Shown: positions 20,498 through 31,085, counted from the stretch's first letter. The stretch is 64,000 nucleotides of DNA from Chloroflexota bacterium (GCA_002717385.1 PBDR01000017.1:8847-72846); one strand, 5' to 3'. A program made the numbers and translations. The notes: a model not told the origin generated them from the letters alone.

Positions 20498-21345
20498 ATT
20501 TTATATGTACCTTTTCTTATCCCCAATTTTCTAGACAAATTTCCCCAATATTCATCAGGTGATTTCATTCTCAAAAATCCAACCTTTCTATTTGAAATTT
20601 TAACTTCTACTGAATCTGTATTTCCCATCTCAATATCCATAAATCCATCAATATTTAAAATAGCGTCATTTTGAGTAAAAACAGTCAATTTTATTTTTGA
20701 ATTACTTCCTAAAACAACTCCTCCAAATTGACTCATATGAGTTGCGATTGGTTTTAGTAAAATATTATTTGAAGTTGGATCTAAAACGGGAGAACCTAAA
20801 GAAAGTGAATAAGCTGTTGAGCCAGTAGGAGAAGAGGCTACAACTCCATCTCCTCTGTAAGTAGCTAAGTGTACACCATTTATTTCAGTTGAAATCTCAA
20901 TAACTCTTAAAAATTTCCCACGAGCGAGAGTAATATCATTCAATGCATGGAGAGTATTATTGCTTTTTATCTTTGCTTCCAACATAAATCTATACTCTAT
21001 TCTCGCACCACCATTAAAATAATTTTGAACTTGAGTTTGAAAATTATTTGATTCCAATTCACTCATAAATCCCACTCTACCTGTATTTATACCCAAAATA
21101 GGAATAGACGATCCTGAAATCTTATGCGCAGCTCTTAAAATAGTACCGTCACCACCAATTGTTACAACTAAATCCGTAGATTTTAATTCATAATTTTCCA
21201 AATCAAATTCATTAATCTTATTAAAATTATATCCTTTAGAAAAATCATTAAAAATTTTATCTGCAATGACACTTGAATTTGAGTGTGTATCATTGAAAAT
21301 AACTAGAATGTTATTGTATTTATGCAATTTTAATTTTATCCCCAT
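20494..21345 (-). CDS. nadK: NAD+ kinase
   Basis: GGDGTILRAA, NDITLARG, SSPTGSTAYSLSLG. The start lies 1 nt after the nuoN stop. Confidence 0.85.
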   Translation of the reverse strand: MGIKLKLHKYNNILVIFNDTHSNSSVIADKIFNDFSKGYNFNKINEFDLENYELKSTDLVVTIGGDGTILRAAHKISGSSIPILGINTGRVGFMSELESNNFQTQVQNYFNGGARIEYRFMLEAKIKSNNTLHALNDITLARGKFLRVIEISTEINGVHLATYRGDGVVASSPTGSTAYSLSLGSPVLDPTSNNILLKPIATHMSQFGGVVLGSNSKIKLTVFTQNDAILNIDGFMDIEMGNTDSVEVKISNRKVGFLRMKSPDEYWGNLSRKLGIRKGTYKI

Positions 21346-21346
21346 T

Positions 21347-22801
21347 TCAAATTAATGATTCAATAGCACTTTTAGTCAAATTTAACAATAATGCCGGTAA
21401 AACACCGAGGAATATTATTCCTAAAGCACCTATAGAATATGTTACATATAGAGTTTTATTTACTGGAATGTTTTCAGAAGAATTTGATTTATCAAAAATT
21501 ATCTTTTTTATAATTCTAAGATAATAATATGCTCCAACAACTGTATTAATTCCACCTATAACAGCCAACCAAATTAACCCAGAATCTATAGCTGCACTAA
21601 AAACAAAGAGTTTCCCCATAAAACCAACAGTAGGAGGCATTCCTAATAATGACAATAATCCTAAAATAATAAAAATTGCAAGAAAAGGTGAATTATGTAT
21701 TAGACCATTTAGATTATCTATTCGATCATCATCAAACTTGGAATTGATCAATAAAAAGACAAAAAATACAGTTAAATTAGAAAATCCATATCCAGCTAAA
21801 TAATAAAGTAAACCATTTACTCCCAAACCATTTGATGTAAATGCAGCTATTCCTATAAGCATATAACCAGCTTGGGCAATAGTTGAATAGCCAAGCAGTC
21901 TTAAAAAATTTGTTTGCCTCAAGGCAATGAAATTACCAATAGACATACTTAATACAGAAACTAGAGAAAAAACAGTTACCCAAAATTCTACAGAAATAGA
22001 ATTATCCAAAGTAATGACAAAAATTCGGATCACAATTGCAAATGCCGAAGCTTTAGAAGCAACTGATAGAAATGCTGTAACTGGAATAGGTGCTCCTTGA
22101 TAAAAATCTGGAATCCATGATTGCCAAGGAACTAAAGCCATTTTAAATCCAAAACCAGCAATTATAGCAACTATTGAAAATAATAAGGCAGGTTCAGCAA
22201 TATTAGTATTTTTTAGCTCGATTGCAATCTGAGTGAGATGTGTGGATCCAACAAGACCATATAAAAAAACAAACCCATAAATCAAAATAGCAGTAGAAAC
22301 AGAAGATAAAACAAAAAATTTCAACCCAATTTCAGCAGAGTATTTTCCTCTTCTGATAGCGCCTAAGGCTATAAGTGGTAATGAACTTAATTCTAATGCT
22401 ACATAAATTGTAATCAACTCCCTTGCTGAAACCAAAACCATCATCCCAGTAAGGGAAAGTAAAATCAGTATTAATAATTCTCCCCTATCATGTTTAATTC
22501 TCAGTAAATAGTCACGTGAGACAATAAATGTAAAAATTGTGACAAAAATAATAAGAAAATAGAAAAAAACTGCAAATTTATCAACGGATATTGTGTCTCC
22601 AAATAGATATTCAGATGAAGATACAAATGTCCATTCAAACCATATATTCAACGAGGATAGTAAAGCTAATACTAGAAAAAATAAACTTGTATAAAGTGTT
22701 TTATTAAAATTATTCGCTGTTACTTCAACTAAAATTGTAGCTAAAACTGAAATTCCCACAAATACTATAGGTAATATCATCCATAATTCTTGATTCGTCA
22801 T
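21347..22801 (-). CDS. nuoN: NADH:quinone oxidoreductase subunit N
   Basis: 484 aa polytopic antiporter-like subunit with WIPDFYQGAPIPVTAF. Confidence 0.85.
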   Translation of the reverse strand: MTNQELWMILPIVFVGISVLATILVEVTANNFNKTLYTSLFFLVLALLSSLNIWFEWTFVSSSEYLFGDTISVDKFAVFFYFLIIFVTIFTFIVSRDYLLRIKHDRGELLILILLSLTGMMVLVSARELITIYVALELSSLPLIALGAIRRGKYSAEIGLKFFVLSSVSTAILIYGFVFLYGLVGSTHLTQIAIELKNTNIAEPALLFSIVAIIAGFGFKMALVPWQSWIPDFYQGAPIPVTAFLSVASKASAFAIVIRIFVITLDNSISVEFWVTVFSLVSVLSMSIGNFIALRQTNFLRLLGYSTIAQAGYMLIGIAAFTSNGLGVNGLLYYLAGYGFSNLTVFFVFLLINSKFDDDRIDNLNGLIHNSPFLAIFIILGLLSLLGMPPTVGFMGKLFVFSAAIDSGLIWLAVIGGINTVVGAYYYLRIIKKIIFDKSNSSENIPVNKTLYVTYSIGALGIIFLGVLPALLLNLTKSAIESLI

Positions 22802-22805
22802 ATTT

Positions 22806-24365
22806 TTACCTGATTACTGAACTAATACCTTTTTCAAAAATATCTACTAAAAGCTTTGGCCATATTCCTAACATTAGAATGGGTATTACCAATGAAACAA
22901 GTGGAATAATATCTTTCCAATTAGCATCTTCCAAGCTATCATAATTTTTCTTTGATAAGCCACCTTTAGATGGAACGTTTCCGAAAATCACTCTTTGTAT
23001 CATCCATAATGAATATCCCGCCGCTAGAACAATTCCAAATGCTGCAACAGTTGTCTGAATTGGCCATACTTTAAAAGTACTGATAAAAATCATAATTTCC
23101 GAAATAAATCCCGATGTCCCAGGTAAACCAAGAGAAGCAAACCCTGCCAGTAAAAAAAATACTGAAATAATTGGGGTTTTTTTCCATAGCCCCCCCAGAT
23201 GAGGTATATATCTGGTGTGGGTTCTATCGTAAATCAAACCAATCACTAAAAATGCCAAGCCAGTAATTGTCCCATGTGTAAACATCTGTAATGCAGCACC
23301 ACTCATTCCGGCAATAACAACACCATTTCCAATATTATAAGAAAAAATGCTAATTCCTAATAATACATATCCCATATGACTTACGGAACTAAATGCTATT
23401 AAGCGTTTCATATCAGTTTGACGAATAGTCACTATAGCTCCATAAATGGTAGAAATTGCAGCAAGCGTAGCTAAATAAGGTGCAGCAGACATAATAGTAA
23501 AATCATTTGTCTCCTGAAAAAACCCAACATTTATTCTCAATAAACCATAACCAGCCATTTTCAGTAAAACTCCTGCAAGCATTATAGAAACCGCAGTAGG
23601 AGCGTCTGTATGAGCATCTGGCAACCAATTATGTAATGGCCAAACTGGTAATTTCACCAAAAAAGCAATCAAAAATAAAATAAATACTAATACGGTTGGG
23701 GCTATTAAGTTATATCCAGCAATCATATCAGGTATACCTTGATCAATCCCAACAGATGGAACTGAAACCATAGCCATACTTGTAATTGGATCAGACATAT
23801 AAATTATTAATATGCCTATCAATAAAAACACACCACCCATTGCAGTAAATAAAACAAATTTCATTGCACTATAGTGAGATCTACCACTACCCCATATTGA
23901 TATCAACATAAACATTGGAATCAACTCAAACTCAAAAAATACAAAAAATAAAATCATATCTAATGATGTAAATACTCCTAATACTGCTGATTGTAGTAAC
24001 AGCAACCAAAAGTAATATTCCGTTATTCTAATATTCACTCGCCATGAAGCTAAAACTGATATCATCCCAAGTAATCCTGTTAATAAAACTAAAGGAGCAC
24101 TTAATCCATCAATTCCTAATAAATACGATGTTTTTAGTGAATTTAGCGGGATCCAATTTTCATAATAATCAACAAATTGAATCCCACCTAAGTCAGTATC
24201 ATAGTTTAGGAAAGCAACCAAAGAAAAAACAAAAGTGAATACCGATCCAAATATGGAAATATTTCTAATAATTGTTTCAGAATTAAAAATTTTATTTGTT
24301 ATCAAAAGTGATAACGCAATTACAGCAGGAGAAAAAACTAATATTGTTAAAAATCCATCAAACAC
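22806..24365 (-). CDS. nuoM: NADH:quinone oxidoreductase subunit M
   Basis: 519 aa polytopic subunit with WLPDAHTDAPTAVS. Confidence 0.85.
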   Translation of the reverse strand: MFDGFLTILVFSPAVIALSLLITNKIFNSETIIRNISIFGSVFTFVFSLVAFLNYDTDLGGIQFVDYYENWIPLNSLKTSYLLGIDGLSAPLVLLTGLLGMISVLASWRVNIRITEYYFWLLLLQSAVLGVFTSLDMILFFVFFEFELIPMFMLISIWGSGRSHYSAMKFVLFTAMGGVFLLIGILIIYMSDPITSMAMVSVPSVGIDQGIPDMIAGYNLIAPTVLVFILFLIAFLVKLPVWPLHNWLPDAHTDAPTAVSIMLAGVLLKMAGYGLLRINVGFFQETNDFTIMSAAPYLATLAAISTIYGAIVTIRQTDMKRLIAFSSVSHMGYVLLGISIFSYNIGNGVVIAGMSGAALQMFTHGTITGLAFLVIGLIYDRTHTRYIPHLGGLWKKTPIISVFFLLAGFASLGLPGTSGFISEIMIFISTFKVWPIQTTVAAFGIVLAAGYSLWMIQRVIFGNVPSKGGLSKKNYDSLEDANWKDIIPLVSLVIPILMLGIWPKLLVDIFEKGISSVIR

Positions 24366-24394
24366 TTAAAAATCCTCAAATGTATACAAGTATC

Positions 24395-26386
24395 TTAAAA
24401 ATTCCATAAGACTATACCACAAAGTAATATTATTACCCCCAAAATCATTCCTCCAGCATAAAATTGAAGATAACCTGTCTGTCCAATCGACAAAAGTTGC
24501 CCAATTTTTAAAGTAAATTTACCCAAGTAAATATTTATATTATCTAAAAATTTCAAATCTAAAACTTCAGTGATTTTAAACAGCCGATTATAAAGAAAAC
24601 TGTTAACCAATTTATCTTCATAAATTTCATCAAAAAAATATTTTTTATCGAGTAAAATTTTTAATTTATTTATTATAAATGAATTTTTAGGTAATGAAAC
24701 GTAACCTTTAATATAAATGGCCCACGCAAGCATTATTCCAATAATCGCAATAATTGAAGAAATTATCGCAATTAAGAATTTGAAATCTGTATGGTGTACA
24801 TTATCACCAAATACTGGAACATTTTGAAATAATAAATTTGAAAACCAGTGTTTACTTATTAAAGGTATATCAAAAACTGGATTCACAAAAAAACCAAGGA
24901 AAATCGCAAAGAAAACTAGAATTAACACTGGAATTAACATGACTTTTGGTGCTTCCGACTTGTGAACATCCTCTAAAGTTTCAGGTATAACAAGTCCTTT
25001 TTTCTTTAAATCTTTTTTTTCTTGTGTCCCTCCTCCTCTAAATTCACCATCAAAAGCCAAAAATATCGCCCTAAACATATAAAAGGAAGTCATAAAAACA
25101 CCAATTATTGCTAGAAAAAACAATATTGAATTTGGTGAAAGAAAAGAAAAATCATTAAATAAACTACTTAAAATTTCATCTTTAGACCAAAATCCAGAAA
25201 GTGGGAAAATACCAGCTAAGCTCAAACTTCCTATTAACATTGACCAATAAGTCACTGGCATAATCTTTTTCATACCACCCATATATTTCAAGTTAAATGT
25301 CCCAGTCGAATGATGTAAAGATCCAGAACCTAAAAATAATGCAGCTTTAAAAAATGCATGGGTCAAAAGATGAAAAATTGCTGGACCATATGCACCTATA
25401 CCTAATGCAAGCATCATATATCCTAATTGGCTTACAGTTGAATAAGCTAATACTCTTTTAATATCATTTGAAACAAGAGCCATAGAAGCGGCAAAAATAA
25501 CCGTAAAGGCACCTATAAATGAAAGTATTATCTGAGATTCATCAGAAAGACTAATTATAGGGAAAATTCTTGCAATCAAAAAAACACCCGCAGTTACCAT
25601 AGTTGCAGAATGTATTAAAGCTGAAACAGATGTCGGACCTTCCATTGCATCAGGTAACCATGAATGTAATGGGAATTGAGCAGATTTACCGACAGCTCCA
25701 GCTAAAAGAGCAATTGAGAATATTGTGGCCACTGTATGGGTAAAATCCGGAAGATGTACCGCATTATAGAGTGTTGGAATATCAAGCCATTCAGGATTTT
25801 TTGAAGCCAGATACATAATCCCAAACAAAAACCCAAAATCTCCAAATCTTGTCATTAAAAAAGCTTTCTTAGCTGCCTTAGCAGCTGATGGTCTATTCAT
25901 CCAAAAACCTATCAGTAGATAGGATGTAACTCCCACTAATTCCCAAAAAACAAACAATTGTACAAGATTTCGAGATGTAACCAAACCTAACATTGAAGCA
26001 GTAAATAAAGACATATAAGCATAATATCTAACGTAACTAATATCATTTTTCATATACCCGATACTATAGATTTGTACAAGTAAACTTACCCCACTTACAA
26101 CCACAAGCATAATGGCAGTTAATTGATCTAATAGTATTCCAAATCCAATTTCGAATGATCCATAAGAGAACCATAATCTTGAATCATATTCATAATTACC
26201 ATTGGAATTCACATGGTATAAAGCAAGTAAAGAAAATAAAAAAGAAATCGAAATAGTAAAGATGGTAAGAAGGCCAGAAATTTTGGAATTAGTGCCAAAA
26301 AAGATCCGGATAAAAATAGAATTTACCAAAAAACTAATAATCGGAGATAATATAATTAAATATACTGGGATATCAGAATCAAACAA
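24395..26386 (-). CDS. nuoL: NADH:quinone oxidoreductase subunit L
   Basis: 663 aa with WLPDAMEGPTSVSALIHSATMV and a long C-terminal lateral-helix region. Confidence 0.85.
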   Translation of the reverse strand: MFDSDIPVYLIILSPIISFLVNSIFIRIFFGTNSKISGLLTIFTISISFLFSLLALYHVNSNGNYEYDSRLWFSYGSFEIGFGILLDQLTAIMLVVVSGVSLLVQIYSIGYMKNDISYVRYYAYMSLFTASMLGLVTSRNLVQLFVFWELVGVTSYLLIGFWMNRPSAAKAAKKAFLMTRFGDFGFLFGIMYLASKNPEWLDIPTLYNAVHLPDFTHTVATIFSIALLAGAVGKSAQFPLHSWLPDAMEGPTSVSALIHSATMVTAGVFLIARIFPIISLSDESQIILSFIGAFTVIFAASMALVSNDIKRVLAYSTVSQLGYMMLALGIGAYGPAIFHLLTHAFFKAALFLGSGSLHHSTGTFNLKYMGGMKKIMPVTYWSMLIGSLSLAGIFPLSGFWSKDEILSSLFNDFSFLSPNSILFFLAIIGVFMTSFYMFRAIFLAFDGEFRGGGTQEKKDLKKKGLVIPETLEDVHKSEAPKVMLIPVLILVFFAIFLGFFVNPVFDIPLISKHWFSNLLFQNVPVFGDNVHHTDFKFLIAIISSIIAIIGIMLAWAIYIKGYVSLPKNSFIINKLKILLDKKYFFDEIYEDKLVNSFLYNRLFKITEVLDLKFLDNINIYLGKFTLKIGQLLSIGQTGYLQFYAGGMILGVIILLCGIVLWNF

Positions 26387-26397
26387 GTTTCATACAC

Positions 26398-26592
26398 CTA
26401 TAATTTCCTCAAAATCTCATCTGCTACATGTTCTCTACCTTTTGGAACAAGAATTCTATAAGATGATTTCTCATCCCAATCAAGAATTTCCCCTTCAGGA
26501 AAAATTTTAACTGGAAGGCCTTCACCTTCAAACAAATCTCTCCACATTTCAGCTGTTTGAAGATTTTTAGTTTTTTTATAATCAGACCACAA
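26398..26592 (-). CDS. Small soluble hypothetical protein between nuoK and nuoL
   Basis: 64-aa ORF that fills almost the whole 212-nt nuoK-nuoL gap. Charged and non-membrane, with a weak resemblance to DUF2007-type small alpha/beta domains. Confidence 0.45.
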   Translation of the reverse strand: MWSDYKKTKNLQTAEMWRDLFEGEGLPVKIFPEGEILDWDEKSSYRILVPKGREHVADEILRKL

Positions 26593-26598
26593 TATTAA

Positions 26599-26952
26599 TC
26601 ATCCTTTCAATTCATTGAAATCTACAATATCAACAGATGATTTTTTGTTAAACATTACGAACACTAAAGCCAGAGCCAAAGCTGACTCTGCAGCAGCTAT
26701 AGAAATAATAAAAACCCCAAAAACATGCCCAGATAAAGCAGTATTAAGAGCAAATGAAGAAACATCAAAACTATTATTCATTAGTAATGCAGATGGAGTA
26801 AAACGTGAAAATGATACCGCTGCAATAATGATTCCGTTAAACATTAATTCGATTGACATAATAGTTGAAACAATATTTGTTTTCGATAAAATTCCATATA
26901 ATCCTATACAAAAAACTGCTGCAGATAATATAAGTAAAGAATCTAATGTCAT
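26599..26952 (-). CDS. nuoK: NADH:quinone oxidoreductase subunit K
   Basis: 117 aa, 3 TM, conserved acidic residue in the AAAESALALAL helix. 4-nt overlap with nuoJ. Confidence 0.8.
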   Translation of the reverse strand: MTLDSLLILSAAVFCIGLYGILSKTNIVSTIMSIELMFNGIIIAAVSFSRFTPSALLMNNSFDVSSFALNTALSGHVFGVFIISIAAAESALALALVFVMFNKKSSVDIVDFNELKG

Positions 26953-27581
26953 TGTTTTCTTCTCTGTCTAATAATTGTCAGACTGCCAATTAATGCTGAA
27001 ATTAATATAAAACCTATAACTTGTAATGGAATCAAAAAATTAGATATCAGGGAAGAACCAATTGATAATGTACTATTTATAAAAACTCCTTTATTTACTC
27101 CATCAGATAAAACCTCTGCCTTTTTAATTAAAATTGATCCAGATTCGGATTCTTCGAAATAAAATCCCTCTAAACCAGCTAATGCATCTTCATTCTCTAT
27201 AGAATCCATAGAATTCCATTCAGTTACTTGAGAAATAAAGATCAATACAAAGAAAAGAAAAGAACATAAAAATGCAGATAATAACCTATACTTTGAATAT
27301 TTACTTCCATCCACAACATCTTTAATAAACATTACTGCAAAAGCAATTAATACTGAAACTGCTCCCACGTATACTAAAATTTGCACAACCCCAAGAAATT
27401 CTGCATTTAGAAGAAAAAATATTATCGCAACGCATATAAAAACAAAAGATAGTCCAATCGCTCCTCTAAAAATATTTCTAGCTGTGACTACATAAAAAGA
27501 ACCTAGAATAATCAAAAAACTGACTACCCAAAAAGTTATATCTATAAAAAAATTCCCTGACATATTAATTATTTCTATCAA
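26949..27581 (-). CDS. nuoJ: NADH:quinone oxidoreductase subunit J
   Basis: 210 aa, hydrophobic. NAEFLGVVQILVYVGAV motif and position in the operon. Confidence 0.75.
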   Translation of the reverse strand: MIEIINMSGNFFIDITFWVVSFLIILGSFYVVTARNIFRGAIGLSFVFICVAIIFFLLNAEFLGVVQILVYVGAVSVLIAFAVMFIKDVVDGSKYSKYRLLSAFLCSFLFFVLIFISQVTEWNSMDSIENEDALAGLEGFYFEESESGSILIKKAEVLSDGVNKGVFINSTLSIGSSLISNFLIPLQVIGFILISALIGSLTIIRQRRKQ

Positions 27582-28233
27582 CCCATCTATCTTTCATAGT
27601 TCTTTTTTCAGGTTTTTCATGCCTTCCTGCTTCATAATGGTCTTCAATTTCGGAATCAAAAGGGTTAAATTCTCTTTCTTCAAATTGTGGTCTATACCAA
27701 GAACTAGGCTTTTTATCTGAATTATTTAAATTATCTTTATTAATCACCAATTTATTTCTTACAGTTGTACTTCTTTCAAAAGATGTTCCCATATGTAAAG
27801 CATCGTAAGGACAAGCTTCAACACACAAACCACAAAACATACATCTACCAATATCTATATCAAAAACATCAATTGAATAATTTTCGCCCTCTTGAATATC
27901 TGTCGACCCTGGAGAAGTAACAATTTCTATTATCCCAAGTGGACAATATTTAGCACAACTAGCACAACCAGTACAACGATCTTCAAACCATGCAAATTCA
28001 TTCCCTCTAAATCGAGGAGATTGTGGTATTTTCATAGGAATTTCTGCCATTCCAAATAATGATAAGATTGCCGATTTTGGAGTCTCAAGAAACAATTTCA
28101 AAGGAGTGAGTGAATTATATCTTGATAACTCAGGGAGCCAGACTCTTCTATTAGGATACTGAATAGTGGCTGGAAATCTAAAAAAGTTAATTAGGGTTAT
28201 TTTTAGACCTCTTAATAAACCTGGTCCTATCAA
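27565..28233 (-). CDS. nuoI: NADH:quinone oxidoreductase subunit I (2x[4Fe-4S])
   Basis: CTGCASCAKYCP and CMFCGLCVEACP, with a charged C-terminal tail. Confidence 0.85.
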   Translation of the reverse strand: MIGPGLLRGLKITLINFFRFPATIQYPNRRVWLPELSRYNSLTPLKLFLETPKSAILSLFGMAEIPMKIPQSPRFRGNEFAWFEDRCTGCASCAKYCPLGIIEIVTSPGSTDIQEGENYSIDVFDIDIGRCMFCGLCVEACPYDALHMGTSFERSTTVRNKLVINKDNLNNSDKKPSSWYRPQFEEREFNPFDSEIEDHYEAGRHEKPEKRTMKDRWVDRNN

Positions 28234-29498
28234 TTTACCATCTCCTTCTTATTAATAAATGAGCTTTTTATTTTTTCTGTTCCAACAGGATAAGGGGTAG
28301 TATTTTTCAAATTACTAAAATTATCCTTGACACTTCTATTTAAAAATTTACTTACTATAATCAAGGAAAATATACATATTACCCAATTAATTATGGCCAT
28401 TATCCACATCTCATTTACAGAAGGGTCAGGTTTAATTGATATCATTATAGTGGTAACTATTATATTTATTAACGTAAGTTCAAATAGTCCTTTCCATGCG
28501 AGATGTAAAATTTGATCTATCCGCATTCTAGGCCAAGACATTCTCACCCAAACTATCAAACCCAAAACTAAAATTAATTTAATGCCAAACCAAATATGAC
28601 TTGGTAAAATTTCTGGACCCTTCCAACCAGCAAGAAAAACTGTAGCGATAACCGCCGATGCTCCTATAGTTGCCGCAAATTCAGCCAAAAAGAAAATTCC
28701 AAATTTCATACTCGAATAGTCATTTAAATAACCCGCACCAAGCTCAGATTCTGCTTCAGTTAGATCAAAAGGAGTTCTATTAATCTCAGCAAGGGAAGCT
28801 AAAAAGAAAACAACAAAACCGAGCGGTTGCAATAAAATAAAAGGGATTTTTTGAGCTTCAACGATACCATTCAACGATAAAGTTCCTGATAGCATCAATA
28901 CTCCAACTAAAGATAATGCCATGGGTATTTCATAACTTATCAAAACTGCAACAGCTCTTAATCCTGAAAAAATTGATATCCTATTCCCTGATGCCCACGA
29001 AGCAATTACCACTGCCAATCCACTTAAGGAAGTAACAGCCAAAATAAATAACAGACCTACATTTAAATCAACTACAAAAGTTCCAATACCCACTGGAATA
29101 ACTGAGAAAACCATAAATACAGGAAAAACCATTAAAACAGGGGCCAAGTTAAACAAAAATTTATCAGCGTCTACAGGCACTACATCTTCTTTGAACATTA
29201 CTTTAATCGCATCAGCCGTCGAAGTGAAAACACCCATCGGCCCCCAACGATTCGGACCAGATCGGTTTTGAAATCTACCATATAATCTTCTTTCACCCCA
29301 TATTGATAAAATTACTGCTCCTAAAATCCCATTGATATAAATAAAACACAATAAAAATCCAGATATTAAGAATGCAAGCCATTCAAATCCTAAAGGTAAA
29401 ATCCCTAAAAAATTTCCGAAGTCACTACAACTTTCATTCGTATTCACCAAATTACAATAGATAAATCGAAAAATATTATTTTCCACTATCATATCCAT
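28230..29498 (-). CDS. nuoH: NADH:quinone oxidoreductase subunit H
   Basis: 422 aa polytopic subunit with RFQNRSGPNRWGP, AEINRTPFDLTEAESEL. Confidence 0.85.
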   Translation of the reverse strand: MDMIVENNIFRFIYCNLVNTNESCSDFGNFLGILPLGFEWLAFLISGFLLCFIYINGILGAVILSIWGERRLYGRFQNRSGPNRWGPMGVFTSTADAIKVMFKEDVVPVDADKFLFNLAPVLMVFPVFMVFSVIPVGIGTFVVDLNVGLLFILAVTSLSGLAVVIASWASGNRISIFSGLRAVAVLISYEIPMALSLVGVLMLSGTLSLNGIVEAQKIPFILLQPLGFVVFFLASLAEINRTPFDLTEAESELGAGYLNDYSSMKFGIFFLAEFAATIGASAVIATVFLAGWKGPEILPSHIWFGIKLILVLGLIVWVRMSWPRMRIDQILHLAWKGLFELTLINIIVTTIMISIKPDPSVNEMWIMAIINWVICIFSLIIVSKFLNRSVKDNFSNLKNTTPYPVGTEKIKSSFINKKEMVN

Positions 29499-30607
29499 TA
29501 TCTATCTACTTCTCCCATATTTAAATCTATGCTACCGAAACTAACAAATAGATCGTTAAACAATTCTCCTATAAGCATTTCTCTTAAAAGAGTTAGGTTT
29601 ATCAATGAAGAAGCCCTTACATGGCACCTATAAGGTGCAATACCGCCGTCACTTACCAAATAGAATCCAAGCTCGCCTTTTGATCCTTCTATTGCCGAAT
29701 ATACGTCACCTGGTGGTGGCCGTAACAATCTTGGTACTTCATCAAAAGATGGTCGAACAGGACCAGGTTCAATTTTATCTATACATTGTCTAATTATTTT
29801 TACACTTTCTCTAGCCTCTTGAATTCTTACCCAAAATCTTGCAAAATTATCAGAAGAATTATGTAGTGGTCTATGAAAGTTGATCTGATCATAAAAATCA
29901 TATGGGTTTCGATGTCTTAGGTCCCAATCTACTCCACCCGCCCTTAACATCGGTCCTGTTATTGAAGCATTAACCATAGACTCAGGAGATAAAATAGAAA
30001 CCCCAATAGTTCTAGACTTAATGATTTCATTGGCTGATAACAATTCCTCTAATTCATCAAATGCATGAGGAACATCTAACAATACTTTATCCAATGCAGG
30101 CCAAAATTCTTCTGGAGCATCCATATAAACTCCGCCAGGTCTCAAATAAGAATTTGTAATACGAGCACCACATAACATTTCAAAAAGATCCAATATATAT
30201 TCCCTTTGCCTCATAGAATAAATTAAAGGGGTCCCAAGAGCCCCTAAATCTTGGATAAGAAATCCTGTAGCTACTAGATGACTGGCTATTCTTTGTAATT
30301 CTGAAGCAATCATCCTCAACCAAACACCACGAGGTGATGGTTCAACATTTGCTAATTTTTCTACAGCCAAAATATAAGACTGATTATTCAACATTGATGA
30401 AACATAATCCATCCTATCCGTAAGAGTCAAAACCTGCGTATATGTTCTTTCTTCTGCTAATTTTTCAGAACCTCTATGTAAATAACCAAAAACTGGCTCT
30501 ACATCAACAATTTCCTCTCCGTCAAAAGTTACTCTCATACGAAAAACTCCATGAGTTGATGGGTGCTGTGGACCTAAATTTACTGTAACTGGCTGAGTGG
30601 AGGGCAT
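29498..30607 (-). CDS. nuoD: NADH:quinone oxidoreductase subunit D
   Basis: NLGPQHPSTHGVFRMRV, and a C-terminus ending SIDLNMGEVDR. The stop overlaps the nuoH start by 1 nt. Confidence 0.9.
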   Translation of the reverse strand: MPSTQPVTVNLGPQHPSTHGVFRMRVTFDGEEIVDVEPVFGYLHRGSEKLAEERTYTQVLTLTDRMDYVSSMLNNQSYILAVEKLANVEPSPRGVWLRMIASELQRIASHLVATGFLIQDLGALGTPLIYSMRQREYILDLFEMLCGARITNSYLRPGGVYMDAPEEFWPALDKVLLDVPHAFDELEELLSANEIIKSRTIGVSILSPESMVNASITGPMLRAGGVDWDLRHRNPYDFYDQINFHRPLHNSSDNFARFWVRIQEARESVKIIRQCIDKIEPGPVRPSFDEVPRLLRPPPGDVYSAIEGSKGELGFYLVSDGGIAPYRCHVRASSLINLTLLREMLIGELFNDLFVSFGSIDLNMGEVDR

Positions 30608-30608
30608 T

Positions 30609-31085
30609 TTATTTATTATCAGTAACTATTGATTGATCATATGTAATATAATCTTTTCGTAATGGATAACCAGGATATCCTTCCCATAAAAATAAACGTT
30701 TAAGATTGGGGTGTGATAAAAATTTTATCCCTAATAAATCCCAAATCTCTCTTTCTTGATAATCAGCGCCTCTCCACACACCCACTACACTTGATAAAGA
30801 TGGGTCTTTTCTTCCAAATCCCACTTTAGTTTTAATAACAGCCGAAGCATTCTTTGATAAAGATGTAATATGATAAATAACTTCAAAATAATCTATATAA
30901 TCAACAGCTGTAATACTATTTAATAAATCAAATTTAAATTCCTCTTTCTCTCGCAAAACATTACATACTTCTAGTAAATTCTCATTTTTAATCCACACAT
31001 CATATTTATTTGTTGATACTAAACAGCCAGGTAAAATTTGATTTAGCATTTTTCCTAATACAATACCTTTCCATTGATCTGTCAT
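30609..31085 (-). CDS. nuoC: NADH:quinone oxidoreductase subunit C
   Basis: 158 aa with WRGADYQEREIWDLLGIKF and HPNLKRLFL. Confidence 0.85.
   Translation of the reverse strand: MTDQWKGIVLGKMLNQILPGCLVSTNKYDVWIKNENLLEVCNVLREKEEFKFDLLNSITAVDYIDYFEVIYHITSLSKNASAVIKTKVGFGRKDPSLSSVVGVWRGADYQEREIWDLLGIKFLSHPNLKRLFLWEGYPGYPLRKDYITYDQSIVTDNK

Noticed and set aside
26202-26971. Plus-strand ORFs 26202-26510 and 26615-26971, opposite nuoL / the small ORF / nuoK
   Set aside because: They are shadow ORFs of the nuo operon. The minus-strand genes explain the region with operon-consistent spacing.
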